Source of the DNA: an uncultured candidatus Brocadiaceae bacterium
Lineage (GTDB): Bacteria; Planctomycetota; Brocadiia; SM23-32
Assembly (NCBI GenBank): GCA_964521715.1
Contig: CAZFSS010000015.1
Coordinates: 10,060 to 74,059, forward strand
Length of the DNA stretch: 64,000 nt
Direction: 5' to 3'
The notes under the pieces were generated by a model. The model worked only from the letters and a program-made list of their open reading frames with translations, was not told the origin of the DNA and made no database searches. This document shows, piece by piece, positions 57,340 to 64,000 of this stretch. How positions within the stretch are numbered: the stretch's first letter is position 1; every line of letters starts with the position of its first letter. The translations under genes were made by a program, and so were the position numbers.

Positions 57340-58212
57340 CTACGTCCTGGGCCTTGGGGTCTCGCGCACTTCGACCAGCCGGTCCCTTTTCTGCTTGGCG
57401 GACACGAGCGCGCTGCGGAGGTCCTCCACGTCGCCGGCCATCAAGTGGTCTGCAAGCTGCTGGAGGAAGGCCACGTAGCTGTTCAGCGCGTCGCGGATCT
57501 CCTCGCGGTTGGTCTGGCAGATGTCCACCCAGAGGTCGGGGCTGCCGCTGGCCACGCGGGTCGTGTCCAGCAGTCCCCGTCCGCAGAGCCGCATGTCCTG
57601 CTCGCTGAGGACCTCCACGAGCGCCACGGCCGCGAGGTGCGGCAGATGGCTGATCCTGGCGACGGCACGGTCATGGGCCTGGGGGCTCATGCTGACCACG
57701 GTGGCGCCCAGGGCCTTCCACAGGTGGACGATCTCGCTCTTGGTCTCTGGGAAGGTATTGCTCAGCGGCGTGATGATGCAGATGCAGCCCTCGAACAGGT
57801 CGGCGCTTGCCGCCAGCGGGCCGCTCTGCTCGCTTCCCGCCATAGGGTGGGAGGGGATGTAGGAAACGTCAGGCCGGCCGTCCAAGGCGGAGATGATCGT
57901 CTCGACGACCCTGGCCTTGCTGCTGGCAACGTCGGTGAGCAGGCTTTCGGCCCTGAGCGAGGCGGCCAGTCGCGGCGCCAGCTCGCCGAACGTGCCGATG
58001 GGGCTGGCAAGAACGACCAGCTCCGCCCCCGACACGCCCTCCTCCAGATCGAGCGTCGCCTCGTCAACGGCCCCGACCTTCAGCGCTTTGTCCAGGGACT
58101 CCTGGCGCCGGCCGATTCCGACCACCGCCTCGGCCAGGCCTCTCTTGCGCAGCGCCATACCCATCGAACCGCCGATCAGGCCCGGCCCGACTATCGCCAC
58201 CCTGTTGAACAT
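57340..58212 (-). CDS. tyrA: Prephenate/arogenate dehydrogenase
   Basis: GPGLIGGS, HPMAGSE, SHLPH, TRVAS. Confidence 0.93.
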   Translation of the reverse strand: MFNRVAIVGPGLIGGSMGMALRKRGLAEAVVGIGRRQESLDKALKVGAVDEATLDLEEGVSGAELVVLASPIGTFGELAPRLAASLRAESLLTDVASSKARVVETIISALDGRPDVSYIPSHPMAGSEQSGPLAASADLFEGCICIITPLSNTFPETKSEIVHLWKALGATVVSMSPQAHDRAVARISHLPHLAAVALVEVLSEQDMRLCGRGLLDTTRVASGSPDLWVDICQTNREEIRDALNSYVAFLQQLADHLMAGDVEDLRSALVSAKQKRDRLVEVRETPRPRT

Positions 58213-58371
58213 AAAGGCTCCTGAACTCAGCAAGCGTCACCGAACTGCCAAGGAGAGAGGCCGGCCCCCGGAAGCGGCCGCCGACGGTATCGTAGTGCGG
58301 CCCAAGAATCCTGTCAACTGAAGCTCGGGTCCGCTCGCGGCGGGGATCGGCGGCGGGAAGAGGGCCATGCA

Positions 58372-60393
58372 TCAGCGGAGCACGGCGCCCAGCTCGCGCT
58401 CGAGCGCCGACAAGATGGCGCTGCGTGCGTCTTCCGCCTCCTCGGCCGTTATGGTGCGGTCGCGACGGCGGAAGGTGAGCGAGAAGGCGACGCTCTTGCG
58501 TCCCTTCGGCACGGGCTCGCCGCGGTAGACGTCGAAGAACTCGACCTGCTCCAGCGTCTCGGGAGCGCTCCTCCTGACGCACTCGTCTATCTGCGCCCAG
58601 AGCACGTTCTCATCCACGACGACCGCGACGTCGCGCCGGGTGGCCGGGTAGGCGGGCACGGGGCGATACGGCTGGTCCAGGCGGCAGCGGTCGGCCAGGA
58701 GGTGGAAGTCGACCTCCATGAGGGCGGGGGGGTTCCTGAGCTCCAGCGCCTCGGCGTGCCCCGGGGCGGTCAGGCCCACGCATCCCAGAAGCTCGCCGTC
58801 CATGAGCAGCGTCACCGCGCTGTCCGCCTCAAAGGGACCCGCGCAGCCGGGCGCCTCCGAGAGCTTAGCCTCGACGCCCAGCTCGTCCAGCAGGTTGTCG
58901 AGCGCGCCCTTGAGCACGCGCACGCCGTCGTCGCGGTCCGTCAGGACGGAGAGCGCCAGCTTCTCCTCGGGCATGTCTTCGCCGCGGCGGGGCACGTAGA
59001 TCATGCCGAGCTCGAACAGGTCGACGGGCCACGTGCCCAGGGACTGGTTGACCTGTTTGACCAGGAGCAGGTTGGCCATGTTCGTCAGTCGCAGGTGAGT
59101 CCTTTCCACGCTGACGGGGTTCCGGATGCAGATCGGCTCGCCGCCGTGCCATGGCTGCGCGAGCTGAAGGGGAGTGGGGGCAATCAGGCTGTAGGTCATC
59201 ACTTCGCTGAAGCCTTCGCCGGCCAGCATTCGGCGGGCGCGCCTCTCGGCCAACTCGGCCACGGCCGGCGCCACGCAGCGGACGGCCATCTGGGTCGTCT
59301 CGCCGATCTTGTCGTAGCCGTGTATGCGCGCGACTTCCTCGATAAGGTCGATCTCGCGGCTCAGGTCGCTGCGCCAGCTCGGCACGCGCACGGTCACGCC
59401 CTCGTCGCTCTGGCCGAGCACCTCCAGGCCCAGGCTTTCGAATATGCCGACCACTTTGGTCCGGGGGACTTCGATGCCCAGCACGAGGGCCAGCCGCGCC
59501 AGGCGCAAGGTCACCTCGGGCAGCGAGGTCGAGTCCGTGCGCGCCTCGGCGACGCCCCGGAGCAGCGTGCCGCCGGCCAGTTCCAGGATCAGCCCGCAGA
59601 CCCTCCGCGAGGCCCAGTCGGTGATCTCGGGATCGACGCCGCGCTCGTAGCGATAGGAGGAGTCGCTCGCCAGGCCGTGGGCCCGAGAAGTCCTGCGGAT
59701 GCTGGTGGGCGCGAACCGTGCCGCCTCGATCAGGATGTCCTTCGTCTTCTCGGATATCTCCGAGTCCAGCCCTCCCATCACGCCGCCGAGCGCGATGGGC
59801 TTGAACTGGTCGGCGATCACGCACTCCTGGCCGGCAAGCTCGTGCTCGGTGCCGTCGATGGTCGTCAGGACCTCGCCGGCGCGGGCGCGGCGGACAACGA
59901 TCCTGGCCCCGCGGATGAGGGCCAGATCGAACGCGTGCAGCGGCTGCCCGCACTCGAGCATCATGAAGTTGGTGGCATCCACGACGTTGTTCACGGGACG
60001 CACGCCGCAGACGGTCAGGCGTTCCTGGAGCCACGTGGGGGAGGGCCCCACGCGGACGCCCTTGATTACGCGCGCCGTGTAGTGGGGGCACAGGTCGGGG
60101 GCCGTCACCTCCACGGACGCGGCCTCGGCGACGGCCTGCGCGCGGTCTTCCGGAAGGTCGAACTCGGGGCGCCGCGCCTGCCCCCCCGTGACGGCGGCCA
60201 CCTCCCGCGCGATCCCCAGGTGGCACAGGCAGTCCGGCCGGTTGCTCTTCACCTCCACGTCCAGCATCCAGTCGTCGCCGTGCGGCTCGTAGCTGTCCAC
60301 TCCCAGGCCGCTGTGGCTCAGGCGCTCGGCCAGCTCGCGGGCGGGCAGGTCGAAGTCGCAGTAGTCTTTCAGCCAGTTGTAGCTCGCCTTCAT
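58372..60393 (-). CDS. pheT: Phe-tRNA synthetase beta (short form)
   Basis: NRPDCL, GQPLHAFD, RYERGVD, EEVARIHGY. Confidence 0.96.
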   Translation of the reverse strand: MKASYNWLKDYCDFDLPARELAERLSHSGLGVDSYEPHGDDWMLDVEVKSNRPDCLCHLGIAREVAAVTGGQARRPEFDLPEDRAQAVAEAASVEVTAPDLCPHYTARVIKGVRVGPSPTWLQERLTVCGVRPVNNVVDATNFMMLECGQPLHAFDLALIRGARIVVRRARAGEVLTTIDGTEHELAGQECVIADQFKPIALGGVMGGLDSEISEKTKDILIEAARFAPTSIRRTSRAHGLASDSSYRYERGVDPEITDWASRRVCGLILELAGGTLLRGVAEARTDSTSLPEVTLRLARLALVLGIEVPRTKVVGIFESLGLEVLGQSDEGVTVRVPSWRSDLSREIDLIEEVARIHGYDKIGETTQMAVRCVAPAVAELAERRARRMLAGEGFSEVMTYSLIAPTPLQLAQPWHGGEPICIRNPVSVERTHLRLTNMANLLLVKQVNQSLGTWPVDLFELGMIYVPRRGEDMPEEKLALSVLTDRDDGVRVLKGALDNLLDELGVEAKLSEAPGCAGPFEADSAVTLLMDGELLGCVGLTAPGHAEALELRNPPALMEVDFHLLADRCRLDQPYRPVPAYPATRRDVAVVVDENVLWAQIDECVRRSAPETLEQVEFFDVYRGEPVPKGRKSVAFSLTFRRRDRTITAEEAEDARSAILSALERELGAVLR

Positions 60394-60417
60394 CGGTCCC
60401 GTCGATCTGTGCTGCGG

Positions 60418-61428
60418 TCAGAACTGACTGAGGAAGCGCAGGTCGTTCTGGAAGAGCAGGCGCCCGTCCGGTATCCCGTGCTTGAGCATCGTTATCCTGT
60501 CCACGCCCAGGCCGAAGGCGAAGCCCGTGTATCGCTCGGCGTCGTAGCCCACGGCCTCGAACACGTTGGGATCGACCATGCCGGCTCCCAGCACCTCCAC
60601 CCATCCCGTGTACGAGCAGGTCCGGCAGCCCTCGCCGTGGCAGACCACGCAGGTGCAGTGCACCTGCGCGCTCGGTTCCGTGAAGGGGAAGAAGTCCGGC
60701 TCGAACCGCACCGCGACGTCCTCGCGGAAGAACTGCCGCAGGAAGATGTGCAGCACGGCCTTCAGGTCGCCGAAGCTGACGCCCTCGTCCACCATCAGGC
60801 CTTCGAGCTGGTGGAACATCGAGAAGTGGCGCGCGTCCTCCGTGTCGCGCCGGAAGCAGCGGCCCGGCACGACGATGCGCAGCGGCGGCTGACGCGTCTC
60901 CATGGCCCGTATCTGTCCCGGAGATGTGTGGGGACGCAGCAGCACTTCGTCGGTGATGTAGAAGGTGTCCCACTCGTCCCGCGCGGGATGGTCGGGAGGG
61001 ATGTTGAGTGCCTCGAAGTTGTACCAGTCCAGCTCGACCTCGGGCCCCCGGACAACCTCGAACCCGAGCGTGCGGAAGGCGTCCAGCATCTCCTCCAGCG
61101 TTCGCGAGACGGGGTGGACGTGTCCGTGCGGAGGACGAAGGGCAGGCAGCGTCGGGTCGGGGCGCACCTCGGTCCGCGCCGCCTTGCTGTGGACGCGGTC
61201 CTGCGCCTGATTGAAGAGCTCGGTGAGGGCCTGCTTGAGTTGGTTGGCGGCCCGCCCTGCGGACGGTCTGGCCGAGGGGGGGAGCGTCGGTATCTCGGCG
61301 ATCAGCCGGGCGACCTTGCCCTTGCGGCCAAGGAATTCGACGTGCGCGGCCCCTACGGCCTGCTCCGTCTCGGCCTGCTCGAGCACGCGGCGCGCCTCAG
61401 CCAGGATGCGGTCGGGCGTCTCGCTCAT
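60418..61428 (-). CDS. pheS: Phe-tRNA synthetase alpha
   Basis: HPARDEWDTF, GRCFR, FPFTEPS, GFAFG. Confidence 0.97.
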   Translation of the reverse strand: MSETPDRILAEARRVLEQAETEQAVGAAHVEFLGRKGKVARLIAEIPTLPPSARPSAGRAANQLKQALTELFNQAQDRVHSKAARTEVRPDPTLPALRPPHGHVHPVSRTLEEMLDAFRTLGFEVVRGPEVELDWYNFEALNIPPDHPARDEWDTFYITDEVLLRPHTSPGQIRAMETRQPPLRIVVPGRCFRRDTEDARHFSMFHQLEGLMVDEGVSFGDLKAVLHIFLRQFFREDVAVRFEPDFFPFTEPSAQVHCTCVVCHGEGCRTCSYTGWVEVLGAGMVDPNVFEAVGYDAERYTGFAFGLGVDRITMLKHGIPDGRLLFQNDLRFLSQF

Positions 61429-61513
61429 GCCGGTCTGCCTTCACTGAGGGCGCGAGAGGAGGGGCGCCGTACGGGAACCTGCGCGTCAGGTCGAGGGCCG
61501 GCGGCGGCGTGGA

Positions 61514-61864
61514 TCAGAGCGCCTCCCTGGCCAGGCCCACCAACTGGTCGAACGCGTGTTCGTCGGTCAGGGCCAGGTTGGCGAGGACCTTCCGGTTCAG
61601 CTCCACGTTGGCGCGCTTCAGGCCGGCCATGAACCGGCTGTAGTTGATGCCCCTCATGCGTGCCGCGGCGTTGATCCGGGCTATCCAGAGCCTGCGGAAA
61701 TCGCGCTTCTTGGCCCGGCGGTCGGTCCTGGAGTACCACCAGGCACGCCTCACGGTTTCCTTGACGACGCGCAGCAGCGTTCTGCGGCTGCCGCGGTAGC
61801 CCTTCGCCGCTCTGTGCAATCTGTTGGCGCGGCGTCTGCGGACGAATCCTGTCTTCGTTCTCAT
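61514..61864 (-). CDS. rplT: 50S protein L20
   Basis: FRRLWIARINAA, LNRKVLA. Confidence 0.97.
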   Translation of the reverse strand: MRTKTGFVRRRRANRLHRAAKGYRGSRRTLLRVVKETVRRAWWYSRTDRRAKKRDFRRLWIARINAAARMRGINYSRFMAGLKRANVELNRKVLANLALTDEHAFDQLVGLAREAL

Positions 61865-61905
61865 TTCTGGTCGACGTGCCTGCGCTGCGGGTAACGGAGG
61901 GAAGG

Positions 61906-62109
61906 CTACGTGATACCGTACTGGCGTCTGAAGGACCTGCGGAGGCCCTTATCGAGCTCGCGCCACCCCGACAGGCGCCGGCGCCTTCGGGACGATTTGT
62001 GGCTCAACAGGTGGCGCCTCCCGCGCGCTCTGTAAAGGAGCTTGCCGGTGGCGGTCCTTTTCAGCCTCTTCTGTATCCCTTTGTGTGTTTTCGCTGTTTT
62101 CGCGGACAT
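61906..62109 (-). CDS. rpmI: 50S protein L35
   Basis: [21 protein letters not shown]. Confidence 0.95.
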   Translation of the reverse strand: MSAKTAKTHKGIQKRLKRTATGKLLYRARGRRHLLSHKSSRRRRRLSGWRELDKGLRRSFRRQYGIT

Positions 62110-62214
62110 GGCAGCAGAAAGCAGAAGGAAAGCGGTGACAGAGAAACGACGCAGCGGAATGCCCGGCCCCGTTACCGCGGATCAGGCCGGAGCGCCCGGC
62201 CGCAAGGCGCATCT

Positions 62215-62715
62215 CTACCTGGGCGCCAGCAGCATGCTCACGCGACCCATACTGGACCTCTGAGGAGGACGCTCCAGCTTGGCGACGCCCTCGAACCTGG
62301 TGGCGAATTCGGTCATGCGCCCAACGGCGAGGTCGGCGTGGGCCCGTTGCCGGCCCCTGAGTACCATGAAGACTTCGACCGTATCGTGCTCTCCCAGGAA
62401 CTCCTTGATCTGCTCCGCCTTGAACGTCAGGTCGTGCTCCTCGCTGCTGAAGCCGATCCGCATTCCCTTCAGCTTGGGTCGGTGCTGCTTGTGCCCCTGC
62501 TTCTTCTTCTTCTGGCGGTACTTGAACTTCCCGTAATCCAGAAGCTTGCAGACGGGCGGATCGGCGTTGGGCGCGACCTCAACCAGGTCTACTTCGATCT
62601 CCCGCGCCTGCTGGAGAGCATCCTCTCGGGAGACAATGCCCAGTTGGCTGCCATCGGATCCCACAAGGCGAACGGTTTGCGCCTTAATGCGTTCGTTCGT
62701 CCGGTAGCCCTGAAT
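62215..62715 (-). CDS. infC: Initiation factor IF-3 with ATT start
   Basis: SD AAGGAG-7 nt-ATT; NERI, PPVCKLLDYGK. Confidence 0.95.
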   Translation of the reverse strand: MQGYRTNERIKAQTVRLVGSDGSQLGIVSREDALQQAREIEVDLVEVAPNADPPVCKLLDYGKFKYRQKKKKQGHKQHRPKLKGMRIGFSSEEHDLTFKAEQIKEFLGEHDTVEVFMVLRGRQRAHADLAVGRMTEFATRFEGVAKLERPPQRSSMGRVSMLLAPR

Positions 62716-62929
62716 CGTGCGTCTCCTTGCTTGCATTCCGTGCAAAGAGCCCAACCCCCATCTCCAGCGAGCAATGGGGGAACAGTAAACGGACATGGTA
62801 CGGAAAACGATCTCAGAAATCAAGCGGCCGGCTCAGCCGGCCCATGCCCGCCGGGTCCCGGCGCCAGGGATCTGGCCTGACCTTCGGTAGGCATTGAAGC
62901 TCCGCTGAAACCCTTGTACTAGACGGGTT

Positions 62930-64000
62930 TCACCGGAGCTTCCCCTGCAACGTGCCCAGGAGCTGGCGGACGGCCGCCGAGGCCGCGTCCTCGCGTGACC
63001 GCTTGATCGCTTCGGCCTCGCTGTCCGTGTAGGCGCCCTGGCCCTTCCCCTGCGCGGTCAGGACCGTCCGGCTCCCCTCCGGCATGTCGGGGTCGAGTAC
63101 CTTGAACCGGACCGGACAGGAGACGATGAACACCTTGCCCTCCGTGGTCTGGACGGCGTCCGTCAGCTCCGTCTGCGCCTCGCCGATCACGACCAGCAAG
63201 AACTGCCCGGGCGCCAGGCTCCGGCGCAACGGCGAGAAGGCGTCCAGCACGTCGGCCTCGGGGGAGTCCACGCCTAGTTCCCCCGCCTTCACGTACTTCA
63301 GCGCCTCTGCCTCGTCCACCAGCCGGAAGCCATTCTCCGTCATCGCCTGTTTCACGCGCTCCGTAACGACCGGGGGCGCCGGTGAACCGTCTGCTGCCGT
63401 CTCGCGCACGTAGAACGCGAACAAAGTGTTCGACCGCGAGCGCAGCACGTAGCTGAAGGCCGCCTGCGGCCGCTTCAAGTTGGCCGGCGCCGCGCCCGCT
63501 GACAGGTAGTCCAGGTCGAGCTCGGCCACGAGCACGTTGCCCCCCCCGGCGGAAGGGGCCGGCTCCTGAAGCCGCCATTCGGCGGCGCCGTCTTGGCCCG
63601 TGATGGCCCTGCCGATCTGCCGGCCCTCGGGCCCTCCGGCGAGCAGGCGCACGGGCAACCCCGCCACGGGCTTCCGGGCCTCGCCCGCGACGGCCCTCAC
63701 CTGCAGCGGATCCCTCAGCGGCACGCCCGGAGGCACCCATTGGCCGTCGCCGGCCGTCTTCTCTATGGTGAGGCCCGCCAGCAGTTCCTCCAGTTCCTGC
63801 CTGAGGTCCACCAGCACCGGGCCGGGCACGGCCTCGCGCAGCTCTGCTGCGCTCTGCGCCGGCGCCACGGTCACGGCCCGCAACTGCAGCTCGACGGCCT
63901 CCCGCGCCGCTGCCAATGCGTCGAGGTAGTCCTTCAGGGAAGCGGCGTAGTTCTCCGCCTTGCGATGGTTGCGCGCCGACGTGGTCAGGCCGTCGCTCTG
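62930..64000 (-). CDS. 5'-truncated hypothetical protein (start outside window)
   Basis: Frame stays open from 63916 to the window edge; >350 aa. Confidence 0.75.
   Translation of the reverse strand, partial: QSDGLTTSARNHRKAENYAASLKDYLDALAAAREAVELQLRAVTVAPAQSAAELREAVPGPVLVDLRQELEELLAGLTIEKTAGDGQWVPPGVPLRDPLQVRAVAGEARKPVAGLPVRLLAGGPEGRQIGRAITGQDGAAEWRLQEPAPSAGGGNVLVAELDLDYLSAGAAPANLKRPQAAFSYVLRSRSNTLFAFYVRETAADGSPAPPVVTERVKQAMTENGFRLVDEAEALKYVKAGELGVDSPEADVLDAFSPLRRSLAPGQFLLVVIGEAQTELTDAVQTTEGKVFIVSCPVRFKVLDPDMPEGSRTVLTAQGKGQGAYTDSEAEAIKRSREDAASAAVRQLLGTLQGKLR

Noticed and set aside
58372-60393. PheT lacking the B2 OB-fold; PurL with fused PurS-like domains (54342-57329)
   Set aside because: Recognised architecture variants, not novel

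Overview
GC-rich bacterial chromosome segment; gene content (WD40 Ser/Thr kinase, no rpmD in the spc operon, short PheT, PurS-fused PurL) suggests Planctomycetota/PVC, by inference only. Bases 1-~3.9 kb are the right end of an integrated phage-like element: small orphan ORFs, two densely base-paired intergenic regions, a lambda-cosQ-like motif, and an AlpA/Xis-like gene plus tyrosine integrase whose reading frame ends inside the antisense of the target tRNA-Pro(GGG). The rest is mostly core genome: yjbQ, pcm, rpmF-plsX-fabHDG-acpP-fabF plus a GT4 gene, an HtrA-like lipoprotein protease carrying an in-frame 276-bp MITE with a coupled PDZ partner, trpBA, a CNT transporter, the S10-spc-alpha cluster (with a methyltransferase inserted between rpsM and rpsK), trxA, a plant-galacturonokinase-like kinase with rodA and a lone E2, hisG, rbfA-infB-nusA, purL, tyrA, pheST and infC(AUU start)-rpmI-rplT. 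No rRNA or CRISPR array seen. Family assignments are from motif recognition by eye; no searches were run.
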